Source of the DNA: Eledone cirrhosa
Taxonomy: Eukaryota
Reading direction: 5' to 3'
Assembly (NCBI GenBank): GCA_964016885.1
Contig: OZ024742.1
Span: 206,770,001-206,834,000 of the forward strand
Length of the DNA stretch: 64,000 nt
The notes beneath the pieces were generated by a model. It saw only the letters and a program-made list of their open reading frames with translations. It did no database searches and was not told the origin of the DNA. Of this stretch, positions 12,913-26,300 are shown piece by piece (positions within the stretch are counted from its first letter, which is position 1; the number at the start of each line of letters is the position of its first letter). A program made the translations under genes and the position numbers.

Positions 12913-13184
12913 GTAGTATTTTCTATAAACTGTAAATATTGTTAAATGTTCTGGAGAACCGATGCAAACAAGAATTAAATATTTCCTTTTTTTTTTGTTT
13001 ATAATATTACCAGGATTGGTAATTATATGACATATGATATTATTATTGATATTAATTATACTCCAGAAACTCTGTTCAGTGCTTCTAATGTTATAAATTA
13101 ACTTTGTGTTATAAATTAACATTGTTTTTATATATATATATATATAAGGAGACACATGGCTTAGTGGTTAGAGCATTGTAATTA

Positions 13185-14150
13185 ATTATTAGGTTAAACA
13201 TTAGATGAAACAATATATCTTCAAATAATTTGAACTCTTTAAATTAATAAACATTAGAGCTATCTTTTCCTTTAATAGAAGCTTGTTTACATTTCACTTA
13301 TACGAAACATTCAAACTTTACATAAATGTTTAAATTTATATATCTATCCTTATACGATAATAGATTATACATAATATTATACATCTTCTCTGTAAAAATA
13401 CAATTATTTTCACATTCTTAAGCTATATATAGAAGCTATAAATATGTATCTTTGCTCAGCATATCCTAAATGTTTTCATAAGTAAACAAAATCTATATTT
13501 AAACATAACTATTTATGTACTAAATAAATGATTTAATAACGTTATACAATAATCTATTATACTACAATACACTACATTTATAACTGCACTCATCATAAAT
13601 ACACCCGTAAAATACATCCAATAGTATATACATGATATCTTTCACATATTAAATTAATAGTTCTCATTTTAATACATTAATTTATAGTTCTCACCTTAAT
13701 ATTATAAATACTTCCACATTATAAAATTAAATTAATAAAAATAAATATAATTATTTCATTCTTTCTATACCCATGTAAATATGTTTGGATGTATATATGC
13801 ATATTTCTATAAATATTCCGAAAGTAACTTAAAAATTCTTTTTCTTCAATTTTAATAGCAAACCTCTTTTAAAAAACAATTAAAATAATTATTTAAAATA
13901 TATCTAGCATCTAAACTTAGTTTTACCGTTATCCTCATTAATATATTTATCCTGAGTTTTGAATATTTATTCACTATCCACAATGAACTCATAACATTAA
14001 GTTCATATGAGGATATGTCACTATCTTTAAACCAAATATTGTATTCTATCTGACGAAAGCATACCTAAATATTGGTACCCTTGAAATATGTATAATAAAA
14101 TAAATATGGTTTTATAAAGATATTTTCCATTTATTAATATTATTGATATT
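13185..14150 (+). mobile_element. Highly eroded Penelope-like 3' remnant ending in a hammerhead
   Basis: Faint GIY-YIG-like traces (S-I-P-C-K..Y-I across a frameshift at ~13760-13800), followed directly by a hammerhead at 14042. Confidence 0.4.
14042..14102 (+). ncRNA. Type I minimal hammerhead ribozyme motif
   Basis: Stem I tattctat/ataaaata; CTGACGA; stem II aag..tacc/ggta..ctt; GAAA; near-palindromic stem III ATATGTAT; predicted cleavage after A14094. Confidence 0.75.
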
Positions 14151-14165
14151 ATATATGGTGGATTA

Positions 14166-14360
14166 TAGGGCGGTGGATTGACAGTATCGGTAGCGGGTTG
14201 GACGCCATGCTTTCCAGCATAGTTACGTCCCTTTACGATCTGAGTTCAAATCCCGCTGAGGTTGACTTTGCCTTTCATCCTTACGGGGTTGATAAAATAA
14301 AGTACCAGTAATGCACTGGGTTATTGCTGGCCTTGTGCCTAAAGTAGAAACAATTATTGA
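14166..14360 (+). mobile_element. SINE family A
   Basis: Homolog of 6198-6422. Confidence 0.85.
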
Positions 14361-14779
14361 TATTATATATATATATTGTGTGGTTATAGAGGTCTGAGTT
14401 CAGTACCACTACACACCATCTTGGGCAAGTGTATTTACTATATTATTGACAACCCATTAAGAGTGGAATGTAATAAACAGAAACTACAGAGTCCGTTATA
14501 TGTATGTGTGTGTGTGTTTCTGTATCTTTATTTATGTTTGTGTATGTCTCATAACTTAACAGTTTAACAAATAAATAGATCAATAAGTACCAGACTTGAA
14601 AAAAATTAAATACTGGAGAAAATATGGATAGCTAAATGAAGGCAGTGGCCAGAAGGGCCACAGCCTGATGACTGAAACAAGTAGGAGTATAGAATTAAAA
14701 GCTACCTCTGGTAATTCTTCATTGACCAAAATAATATATAAGAATATATAGTAGATATTATGATGTACATGTATATATG

Positions 14780-14992
14780 GGGGAGGTGAATTGGCAGTAT
14801 CGGTAGAGCATTGGATACCATGTTTCATGGCATAGAGTCACGTCCCTTTACGTTATGATTTAAAATCCCACTGAGGTTAGTTTTGCCTTTCATTCTGACG
14901 GGGTTGATAAAATAAAGCACCAGTAATGCACTGGGATCGACTGTGCCGCTCCACAAATTGCTAGCCTTGTGCCTATAGTAGAAATCATTATG
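14780..14992 (+). mobile_element. SINE family A
   Basis: Homolog of 6198-6422. Confidence 0.8.
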
Positions 14993-15217
14993 ATGTACAT
15001 GAACTAGCCACATTAGAAATGCTAACAGTGTTTTTAATAGGAAATGGTGAAAGAAATTCATGAAACAAAATGGACGTAAAAAAAGGTGGGACAGCAGAAT
15101 TAATAGGAGGAAGAATGAGAAGAAAAAAGAGGCAAATAAAAAGAACAAAAGCATATTCATGCAGAAAGAAAGATATATATAAATATATCTTTCTTTAGAA
15201 TATATATAAGTATATAG

Positions 15218-15721
15218 TAAACTCTGAAGTGGAGAATTATTCGGTTTCCTAGTTAGAATTTTAGTCTACGACTTCAGTTATACCATTTACGAGGTTTTGT
15301 CTTTGTTCTCTACGCTCCACATATGACGTATTATCTTCGTTTTTTCCGTTCATTGCCAGAGAACCTCTCTATGAACCATCTAAGAGAATATTAGTCTACG
15401 ACTTCTTTTATACCATAAATGTGGTTCTGTCTTTGTGTGTAATTGTTTTTCACTGCTCCAAATAATGACGTATTATATTCGTTTTTTCCCATTCTTTGCC
15501 AGGGACCAAAGTATCGTCTTCCTATCTTCCTCCAGTTGCAACGTTTTTTGAAATATTCACTTCTGCGTTCACAGATTGACTTTGTCAGTTTCAGAAGATC
15601 CCGTTAAGGGTGAAAGCAGCGATTCTTTGCTTAAACTTTAAACTGTTATTTTAATAAATATATATAAGTATATATATATATATGTATATATATATACTTA
15701 TATATATTTATTAAAATAACA
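15218..15721 (+). mobile_element. Non-coding PLE-LTR/retrozyme-like element with internal ~128 bp duplication and degenerate hammerhead (15587-15637)
   Basis: ttagtctacgacttc..tgacgtattat..ttgccag occurs twice. agttt-CAGAAGA-tccc/gggt-GAAA-gca/tgc-TT-aaact. The 3' end is mirrored across (TA)n at 15644-15721. Confidence 0.6.
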
Positions 15722-15774
<53 letters not shown>

Positions 15775-15776
<2 letters not shown>

Positions 15777-16150
15777 TCATCATCATCATTTTACGTCCAC
15801 TTTTCCCTACTGGCAAGGGTGGAATGGGTCCTATTCAGCACAGCATCTCACCACTTGTTACGGTCCTTTGTCATCTCCTCCGTGAGCTTCAGCGACCTCA
15901 GGTTTGCTCTCACCACCTCCGCCCATGTTTTTGTGGTCAAACTCTACTGCGTCTTCCTTCAACTGGCATCACCAAGCACTCATCCTTCATGCGCATCACA
16001 TGTCCATATCATCGCAGCCTTCTCTCCCGTGCATTACAACTTATCCCTCTTATACACAGTTTCTATCTCAACTCATCTATACTTGGTCGTTCATGCACAT
16101 TGACATTGCACATCCAACGGAGCATGCTTGTTTCATTTCTCTCCAGTTGT
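15775..16150 (-). mobile_element. RTE-like LINE 3' fragment
   Basis: Minus strand gives RNETSMLRWMC..RLR*YGHVMRMK with a (GAT)n tail. Confidence 0.75.
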
Positions 16151-16260
16151 ATATGTATATATATACCTGCAGTGGCAGAGTGGGTCTAACAATATTGGTT
16201 GCAAGGCGATAAAGGGGGCACACCCACATATAGAATGCTATCATTGATTTTTATAATGAA

Positions 16261-16493
16261 CTAGACCACCCATGACCCGTTGGGTCACATTCACTTCAAA
16301 ATATTTTTAATAAATCATGTTCACTTAAAAATAATTTTAAAATAATTAATGAAACTGGAAGGCCCATATATATATGTGTGTGTATGTATATATATATAAA
16401 TGTGTGTATACATATATGTATGCATGTGTGTGTGTGTATGTACATATGTGGGTGTCTGAGATGTATATGCACTGGTCATAGGTATATACAGAC

Positions 16494-16525
<32 letters not shown>

Positions 16526-17310
16526 TCACATATATATATATACACAGAAACACTAACAGCTCTCTGTCTCCTCTCCCTCTCTCTATGTTTCTCTTTTAAT
16601 CCACTCTCTTACAACCATTATCTCTTTCTCTCGATTGGCAGTAGTTGATTGGCAGTATCGGTAGAGGGTCGGACGCCAAGCTTTCCAGCATAGTTACATC
16701 CCTTTATGATCTGAGTTCAAATCCCGCCGAGGTTGACTTTGCCTTTCATCCTTACGGGGTCGATAAAATAATGTACCAGTAATGCACTGGGTAATTGCTG
16801 GCCTTGTGCCTAAAATAGAAACAATTATCTCTTTCTCTCTATCTTTCTCTCTCTTTCTCTCTCTGTTTATGAAGGTACCCGGAAAAACCCCATATCTTGT
16901 GCTCCGATTTACACGAAACGTGTTTTATTCCATTTGTATCCCCATTTAAGGGTCAAGTTCCTTTCAAAGTATTTTCCCATCATGTGCCCTTTTGGCTGTA
17001 TTACATTACAGACAAGCAAGTAATCACAGAGTTTTAGTAGTATACTAGACCACTAGACCAAAATATTTTTTAAAAAATCATGTTCACTTAAAAATGATTT
17101 TTAAATTTAAAAAATCTACACAGACATGTATATAATGTGAAATGAAACTGGAAGGCCCATATATACATGTGTGTATGTATGTGTGTGTATATACATATAT
17201 ATATATATATATGTGTATGTGTGTGTGAATATATGTGTGATCTATATACACTGGTCATAGACACACACACACATACACACACATATATATATACACACAC
17301 ACTCACATAC
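16261..17310 (-). mobile_element. Two tandem Helitron-like copies, the first carrying a SINE A insertion (~16645-16830)
   Basis: a|ctagacc with hairpin tgaccc-gtt-gggtca. The block aaatcatgttcacttaaaaat..tgaaactggaaggcccat recurs after a second actagacc at ~17045-17060. Confidence 0.6.
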
Positions 17311-17639
17311 AACACCACCAGCTCTCAGGAGATAATGTGCAAGAATGAAATAATGTTAGAATGAAGATGAAGAAGGAGAAATAAAAGAAGAGAATGACTG
17401 GGTGTGAGAGAGAAACAGAGAGGGATAATTATAATAAAGAAAAAGTGGTCTAGGCTAGGGATTGGAGCATATAAAGTGCTTAATTAACTCTTTTCCCAAA
17501 CATAGAGTGCGGAGTGTTTTCTTGGGCCATAATTCTGGCTTAGTTATCATAAATCATCCAGTTTACAGCTGCTGACTCAGTGGATTTCTCTCTGCACTCA
17601 CCACATTCATCATCATCATCACCACCACCCCATCATTAT

Positions 17640-19120
17640 CATTGCTGTCACCATTGCAATTGGCTCCTTCTGCTTGATCATCCTAATTCTCTATTGTTAT
17701 TGTGTTATTCCCATCTAACCCTACACTTGATAAATCTCCTAAAAAAACTTATTTTTTACAGTACATTCTCCCAACCCACCTAATGCATGCTATATGCAAA
17801 ACCATCTTCAGTTGCTTCAAACTATCAAGTTTGCCAGTTTTGCCAATTTTCCTTTCATTACCTTCAAACCATGCCCCCCAGAGTTAGCCCTTATACTCAA
17901 TAAATACTTCAATCTCTCTAAGGTGATATATATTGATCGATAGTAACATGCCAGAATATTTTTTATTCCAAACAATGACAACATCTGACTCTGACAGATT
18001 GTTCTGTATTACTTTCAATTCCAACAAACCAAAGGTGATGGAGATAGCCATCAACAATAACCTTTTCCATCACTTTCTTATTAGTTTCTTAAAACAAGAT
18101 TTACTGAGTCCTCTCTTATGTCATTAACTAATGGGCCCTCACCCTAAGAAATTTGGTAAAAGCAAGCTTTCTACCATGTTTGGCTTGCTAGTCTTCTACA
18201 AAACAACATGCTTAAGGGCTAGACCCATCTTTCATTTCTTGCATCTCACTATCACAGACAGTGCTGATGTAACTCTCTCTGAGCCACTATTTATCAAAGC
18301 TTTATCCTCAAGTGTTAGGTTTTGTCCTGCCACTGTCTCTGAAATTAACCACTTCTAAACAAACAATACCACTATTCATCCTTCCAAACATTTTGCATGC
18401 ATGCATCATCCACATGCAATATAGACACCTCATACCAATTTTGTGTTGGCTCCATGAACCAAAAGCTTGAAAAAAAACCCTCAATGAAGTCACGTTCTTC
18501 TCTTCTCATGTTCTTCTTACTAATATGCAACTAGAACCCTCAAGATTCCTACAAATGTTAGTTATCACCATCGGTGGAAACTAGTGAATATAAATCCTAA
18601 GTCACCCACTCCCCAACAACAACAATTAACTCTGTACAAACCTCTGATGAGACTCACAATAGATTACTGCCCCCACATCTGAGATGGTGTCGCAGACATT
18701 TGCAGACATTCTTGATTGCATCAACAGAAAGGACACTCAACTGGTTGGCATGACGTTGCTCACTAACACTCCAGCCTCTGGCCTACAGATGTGCTGGTTC
18801 AGCTCTTTAACTTTTTTACTTCAGAGCTGGCTGGTTGTGTGTCACCTTCACCTAGGAAGCCCCAAAACACTTGTCACTCTAACTCTTATCATCCAAATTA
18901 GATCAAGCCCTGCAAGTACCCCATTAACTAACTATTATATCATCATCATAATCACTGTTCTTTGTCTATTTTTCCACACTGTCCTTTTGTGGGCAATGCT
19001 AGATCAGTTGATCTTGTCTTGCTCATTCAGAACAGATTTTGGCTTGGTTTCTCCAGCTGGATGCTCTTCCTAACACCAACCTGTGTGCTTTTTGTCATGA
19101 CACCTACATGACCACTTTAC
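17640..19120 (-). pseudogene. Old degenerate LINE remnants (probably RTE-like)
   Basis: Purine-rich coding-like minus strand, plus an RTE-tail fragment at 18945-19120. Confidence 0.4.
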
Positions 19121-19221
19121 AGTAGTCTAAAAGCCTTAATTCAGAAAATGTTAGCTCCATAGCATTCCATTGACTTGTAACATTTTAAGAGACTTATCAA
19201 CATGGAATGAACAGTTCTATC

Positions 19222-20483
19222 TTCTCTATTACTGCATGGCACCAAAGATCTCGATCCAGTGACATTGTCTTAGAGAGATGCAAGTGTGCAAGGTTGAACT
19301 TTATCATGTCGTCCTAGGTTTTTCTGGGTCTACCTACTCCGTAACTTCCATCAATTTTGATCGCCATACACTTTTTTATACAGGTGACCATACCAACGTA
19401 ATCTTCTCTCAAGTAAACAGCATGTGATCCCTCTTATTCCTAATTTCTCACTTAGTTCATTTATGTTTTGGCGTTCGTGTATATTACTATTACACATCCA
19501 ACGGAGTATACATGCTTTGTTCCTTTCCAGTCTGCGCAGGTCATCTGCACACAATGCCCATGTCTCACTGCCATGTAACATAGCTATTCATATACAAGCA
19601 TCATACAATCTGCCTTTCATTTTTAGAGAGAAGCCTTTTGTGGCCAACAGCGGTATACTCTCCCTGAACTTTTTCCATCCCATTCTAACTCTGGCTACTG
19701 TACTTTCAGAGCACTCCCCACCACTGCTGATTTTGTCACCCAGGTAACGGAAAGTGTCCACTATTTCTATAGAATCATCTAGGCAGTAGAAGGAGCTAGT
19801 ATCCTGTGGGCACTTGCTACTTATTGCACCTGAGTATCGGCCACATATAAAATCTACATTCTTAGATAGCTTGCCTGTGATCCCTCTACATCTTTTATGT
19901 ACCCATAGTTTGCATTTGGGACATAAAATGGAATTTCTACCTACTCCTTTCCTACACACTGAGCATGGCCATTTCCCAGAGGGCACCTGTACCCTATTTT
20001 CCTTTCTACATACAAGAACTTTAGTCTTAGACAAGTTAACTTTAAGGCCTTTTGATTCTAGGCCATGCTTCCATGTTTGGAATTTCTTCTCTAGTTCAGC
20101 CACAGATTCAGCTATGAGAGTTAGATCATTTTCATATAGAAGTTCCCATGGGCAGCCGGTCTTAAACTCCTCTGTTATAGCCTGAAGGATGATAATAAAC
20201 AGGAGGCGGCTAAAGACAGGGCCCTGATGAACACCAACTTTTACGCTAAATTCTTCACTATATTCATTGTTAATTCTAACCTTGCTGACTGTTTCTTTAT
20301 ACATGGCTTGTATAGCTCTCACAAGCCATTCATCTACTCCTAGCTTTCTAAGGGACCACCAGATAATGGAACGTGTGACTCTGTCAAAGGCTTTCTCCAA
20401 GTCAACAAAAGCTAAGTAGAGGGGTTTACTTTTAGCTAGGTACTTCTCCTGTAGTTGTCGTACAAGGAAAAGAGCATCTGTGG
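19222..20483 (-). mobile_element. RTE-like LINE, RT region with PHD-type finger, 5'-truncated at (TA)n
   Basis: TTDALFLVRQLQEK, FVDLEKAFD, GVHQG, LLYENDL (YADD mutated), CSVC..CPKCKLWVHKRC, FRYLG, HGSETW, RRLRWYGH. Confidence 0.92.
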
Positions 20484-20685
20484 TATATATATATATATAT
20501 GTATATATATAACTGAACAAAAAAGAAAAACTAACACAGATATATACATATATGTGTTTAAAACGTAAGGGACCAGATTCGCTAAGGTGAAAAGAATACT
20601 AACTACAGACAATAGGGTTTGCTAGACTCAATTTAAGAATAAATCAAGAATAATAAATACAAACCAGAATTGTCGTAACTACCAA

Positions 20686-20767
20686 TCACCCGGACAGTTT
20701 CGATAATACTGTTTCGCAATATTAATTGTGAAGAGGAATACCAAAATTCTAGCTCATCAGCGGGTGA
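20686..20767 (-). ncRNA. Type I hammerhead ribozyme with intact canonical core
   Basis: Minus strand: tcacccg-CTGATGA-G..(long stem II region)..C-GAAA-cagt/actg-TC-cgggtga. Perfect 7-bp stem I and GUC cleavage triplet, inside a ~400 bp non-coding element (20510-20930) flanked by (TA)n. Confidence 0.85.
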
Positions 20768-20940
20768 AGAATTATTAGTATCCTGGTCACTTCTAAGTAT
20801 ATTAGAAAACTGGATAGTGTGCGTATATGTAACGCACATGGTGCCAGAGCTTAGTGTGTCTCGCAAACTCGTGCCACTAAAAATAGCAGCCGGGTTTACT
20901 CGAGTTTCTAACTCAATACATGCCTTTGATATATATATAT

Positions 20941-20997
<57 letters not shown>

Positions 20998-21127
20998 GAG
21001 GTTATATTTAATTTGTTGGGATACAACATGCAAAATATTTTTATAACTGATATAAAGCACTCAACAAATTATTGGAGTAAATATACAATATATTAACAAA
21101 TGGAAACTATATTTATAAAACCATATT

Positions 21128-21193
21128 TATTTCATTATACATATTTCAAGGGCCACCAAGGCAGATTATGGTGCGCTTTCATCAGATAAAATA
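21128..21193 (-). ncRNA. Type I minimal hammerhead ribozyme motif
   Basis: Reverse-complement copy of 21348-21413. Confidence 0.8.
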
Positions 21194-21347
21194 TAATATG
21201 GATTAGTTTTATAAATAAATATTGACATACCCTGAAAAAATGCAACCTTCAAGGTTGGAGTCTCCTGGATAGTCAGGAGACTCCAACCATGAAGGTTGCA
21301 TTTTTTCAGGGTATGTCAATATTTATTTATAAAACTAATCCATATTA

Positions 21348-21413
21348 TATTTTATCTGATGAAAGCGCACCATAATCTGCCTTGGTGGCCCTTGAAATAT
21401 GTATAATGAAATA
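21348..21413 (+). ncRNA. Type I minimal hammerhead ribozyme motif
   Basis: tattttat-CTGATGA-aagcgcacca/tggtggccctt-GAAA-tatgtat-A-atgaaata; 8-bp stem I with one G.U pair. Confidence 0.8.
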
Positions 21414-21495
21414 AATATGGTTTTATAAATATAGTTTCCATTTGTTAATATATTGTATATATATATTTCTATATATATATATACATATATATATG

Positions 21496-21531
<36 letters not shown>

Positions 21532-22858
21532 AATGTATAATATATATATATATATATATATAATATGTAAGTCCTTGAGTGGTGTTGAGAAGATAACCAC
21601 AGTTGAATAAGGTACTCAACACGTAGCTAGAGCATAGGCATCTTTATTATCATATGAATGAAACAGTTCTAGTCCTGTAGACGTTGTTTCTATATATACA
21701 ATAACGTATCATGTATAATATATATATAGCCTCGACTGTAACAAAACTCAAGCATGGCCTTAATAAAGAATGACACACACACATACGCACAGACACACAT
21801 ACACACAATTTAGGAACATTAGTGATGAGATTTTCAAGATATACTATTTTCTTTCTCCTGCTTCTTCTTTCTGTTTCTCTCTTTCTTTCTCTCCCTTGAA
21901 ATTATACAGCTGGATTAAGAACCAACTAATTAAATGAATAAATGAATGGAAGAATAAACAAATGAATTTACTAGCTACTACAACTAAGTAGACTGTCATG
22001 CAGAATGACAGATTGATGGAATGAATTAACAAACACTAATAGCAATGACTATTTATTAAGCAAATGAGCGAGAGGACAGAGAATGTTTTAATGAAAGAAA
22101 TACTGAATGAAATGTCTGAATGAGTGTGGAATGAATGAGTACCTGATTGAATGAGCAACAGAAAGATCTATTGAAGGAAAATAATTTCATGAGAGAAGAA
22201 GCAGCTGAAAGGATTTTGAGTAAATGATTCCAGGTAAAAATAAATAATATGCAGAATGGCTGATATGGGTGTAGGATATGTGAAGTGGTGGGGTTGAACC
22301 CTGGTAAATGAGAGAGTGAGGTCTAACAATTTACTGCTTGGATGACTACTATTGTTACTACCACCACCTCCACCACCATCACTACCACCATTATTGCTGC
22401 TACTTCTGCTGTTGCTACCTCATTGCTTTCTGTACTTTCTTCATCTAATTTCTTGTTCTAATTAACCTCCTAACTCTCTTCTTTCTTCACCCTTCATCAC
22501 CCCCACCACATTCATTACTCTAGTAGTGGCTATATTTCTTCACCCCCATTTTCCTAAAGAACTCAAAAATGTTTCCTATCTGGCACAAGGCCAGATATTT
22601 AGCGGTTTATTAAATTAACCCCAATATATGATTTATATTTTATTTTTTTGATTTCTGAAATGTAAAGTTGACTTCAACAAGATTTGAGTTAGAACAAATG
22701 CCATGAGGCATTTTGTCTACTTTTCTAATGATTCTATTAAGTCCAGTGCTTAAAACCATTTGGTGGAAATAGTTAAGCACAGGACTGTAAAACCTCTTTT
22801 AATTCTGAATTCTTGGTGAATATCAGTCAGTCAACAGTCAATGAAAGAGCCCTACATG

Positions 22859-23390
22859 CGGATGCGTATCTAGGGTATGGTAAGCATGACACGTGCCATG
22901 GGCACCACTTGAAAGTGGGTGCTAACTGGACTAGAAGCACTTTCTACTAAGGCCAGATAAGTTGTCAGAGAGTGAAAAAAGAAACTTCTTCAGATGTATG
23001 ATCTGTCTTTGATTATCTTGAGTGAGAAACACTATGGTGGCTGGATCATTAAAACATTTATATAAATTATTAGGCCCATAGATAAAAATACAGTGTTGAG
23101 AACTACATGACCACATAGGCATACCTTACAGTATGACTTGTCAAATATTTTAATAGGGTTTTAATATTTGTCAAAGATCAGTATTATATAGATCACTCCC
23201 TTTAAATACTCTAACAGTTTTGCCAATATTTTATGTATACTTAAGCGCAAAGGATACCTGTAGAACAAATGAAAATACAATTTAATATACTAAACCCTCA
23301 TTGTCTAATAACTACTATATAGTTTGCTGCATGGGCAGGGCACAATTTCAATGTTTGCCATAGGCACTATTTTCCCTTGTTACACCTCTG
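22859..23390. mobile_element. hAT-like MITE
   Basis: Degenerate TIR cggatgcgta/tacacctctg; 8-bp TSD cctacatg/cctacaag; subterminal tgccat(g/a)ggcac at both ends. Confidence 0.6.
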
Positions 23391-26300
23391 CCTACAAGGT
23401 TACTTGAATTACTAGAAATAACATCCAAATCTCTCTCAAATCACCCCTTGACATTTTAGAAAAGGTCACAGTAAATATTGTAGTACAATGTTTCCTGCAT
23501 ATAAGAGAGAAAAGATGACTGGTCTTATCTGAAATGCTTCTGATTATAGGTCTGCATCCCCAACAACTGTAGCAACTGATAATACAATAAGAAGAAAATA
23601 ATATATGTAAAAGAAAGAGAAACAGAAAAAAATTGAAAACAGTCTAAGGGAAAGAGGGAAGGTGTGGAAAATTCTACACCTCAGTGTAGGGGTCTCAGCA
23701 GACAAATAGCAAAATCATGCCACGAAGAACACCTAGAGACAACTGCTGCATCAACCACTGTACTTTATGGGGGGTCCTTCCTCATGCAAGATTCACTCCT
23801 CCACATTTTGTAGATGACAGCAAATGATTGGTCAAGTCCTGAGGTCTTGACAGAAATCAACACAAAAAGATGCATTCACTCATGTCTTATAGTCATTCTA
23901 ACAATTTCTGTTCTGATTTTATATCCCAGCATGGCCTATTTGGTTTGTCAACTTAATTTGTTGACTGGTTTAACTTTTAATATCCTGTACCATTTGACAC
24001 CACATTAGCAAAATATTATTGAAAATTATATAACAGAACTATGATTGTGTCACAAACTAAAGACGTTACTCAAATGCTTCAAATTTTCACAATGATCTGC
24101 CCACTAATAATAATACTATACTTTAAACTTTTCAGTTAATAAACTTGTTTTTAGATTTTTTTTTCTAAATCATTACAGGATGTTAAGAGTTAATACCACA
24201 TCACAGCTCGTGTATGCTTTTAGTATAGTTCATGCTGTAGCAAGCAACTGGGCCAGGTCTCTGGTTTGAGAAAACTTTCCTCCTTTCCTCACAATTTTCT
24301 TGGATGCTTTGAAAAGAGTCATGGATATCTCCATTCCTCCTGAGTAAGCAATAAAAACAAAAAACAAAAATCCAAATCATCTTATTAGTTTGGGAGCGCC
24401 CTCTTAAAAACTCATAGGTGCTGCTCATCTTTACTAATTTCAACCAATGATCTATAGCCATACTGGAGTAACATAATTCCAATAAACATTTTTTTTTTAT
24501 TATAATGGTTGTGGAAGGGTAGAAACAGAGTATTGTGCAAAATGTTGTATGGTATTTAGTTACATGCCTTTACACTTTGAGTTGGGATCCCAGTCAGGTC
24601 GACTATGGTTTTCTTCCTTTCCAGTTAAATGACTGAAGGGAGTAATACAATAGAGAAAAACAACAGAATAATCAACTGTGCCTCCTTTAAACTTTTCAGT
24701 TAATCAACTTGTTTTTAGATATTTTTTTCTAAATCATTAAGATAAAGATAAAAATACTTATTATTTTAGTTAGTTCTGTAAAAGTGGGCTTGTTTTTTAG
24801 TCACCTAGGTAGCTTTAACTGATCAGACCGATGATCAAAGATATTCTCGCCATACCATCCTCTTGTTTTCTTGTTTATATGCTTATATGACTCTACACTA
24901 TCCAATGTGTTCATTCTTAATATAGTAGGACATGGTTTGAAGGAGATTTGGTTGCTATTTCTAGCAAGTTGATCTATCATGTAGAAACAAGATCTATATT
25001 GTCTGAAAATTTTGTCTACCAAATGCTTGTACAGTATAATCTCAGTTGATTAAAGGTTTTCATATACCCTATTATATTTGTATGTCTGGTGGAAGGAAAT
25101 TTCCTTCATATATACTTATCTCTTTTTTTCCCAACTCCCAACCCTCTTATGTTGTCCTCCTCCTACCCTTTCTGTTTTTCATTATCCCTATTCCAACTTG
25201 CCTCTGTAATTTGTCTTTCTTTTCCCTTCATTATCACAGTCTTTCTTTTCTCACCTTTTTTTTCTCCTTGCAGTAATTAGTTACAGCACTTAATATTCTG
25301 ATTTTAAATCTCACCAATGTTGACATCCCTTGTCACAATACCAGTTAAATACTGATGGTGGAGTCTAAATCAACTCTACCCTTCCTCAGAATTTGTGACC
25401 TTGTCTCTAAGTTAAGAATCTTTATCAATTAATTACAACTGGTTTCACTAACCTGTTTGTTAGTCATTCTACATTGCATGTAATCAATGAACTAATTAAT
25501 CAGTGCTGATGTTCAAATATTCCTGATTAAAATTCATCAGACTAATGTGCAGATGTTTGTTGCAGCTGCAACCACAAATGAAACAGCAACAGTAACAATA
25601 ACAACATAGCACATTGCCAAGCTAATGATTGAGCTTTTATGTAGCTGCTCGACCTACTAGAAATAGCAACTAAATCTCCTTCAAATCACAACTTTCAATA
25701 TTAAAACTGAAAGAACACACTACAGCATGTAGACTAAAAATAAACCCAACAGTTTTAAAGAAAGGGTTTCCTAAGGATATTAACATGTAAGTGAGGTGAA
25801 AGTAGTTTTAACCAGAGACTAAAAACCATGTCAAGATTTCAGTTCATTAGAAACTTACAACCACAACCTTCTAATTATCCTCTCCACAATTGTTAAAAAA
25901 ATCTATGTCTTCAGTTCTTCTCCTGGGGAGGTTAAAACTCTAGAAAACAATGGCAAGTTGAAGACAGTGTGAAGGTAGAATTGTTAGAACATTGGATGAG
26001 ATGCCTTCTAATATTTATTCTGGTTTTCTGCATTCTGAGTTCTTGATAGCATTACAAAAAATGAGAAATGCACATAGTGCATACCAATGTCACTTCTTAT
26101 ATATGTGTACATGTGGAACATTCAATATTTCTAGAAAACTCTATCAAAATACTTTCTTTTGAAGAACGGCTGGAACTTTATGTCCATCCCAATATATATT
26201 TTGCCAACAAGGGAGTCTATGTAGTTGCTTGGCTTGCACAAAATCACAGTTAAATCTCGTTTGAATTACACTCTGTCATCTTAAAAGAGAACAGATTTAA

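Larger units (their letters stand above)
21081..21460. mobile_element. 380 bp palindrome carrying a hammerhead on each strand; one-sided tail 20995-21080
   Basis: Arms nearly identical, centre at ~21270 (gagtctcctg-gatagt-caggagactc), flanked by (TA)n. Confidence 0.9.

Noticed and set aside
18640-18680. CTGATGA as a hammerhead core
   Set aside because: No properly placed GAAA or closing stems follow.
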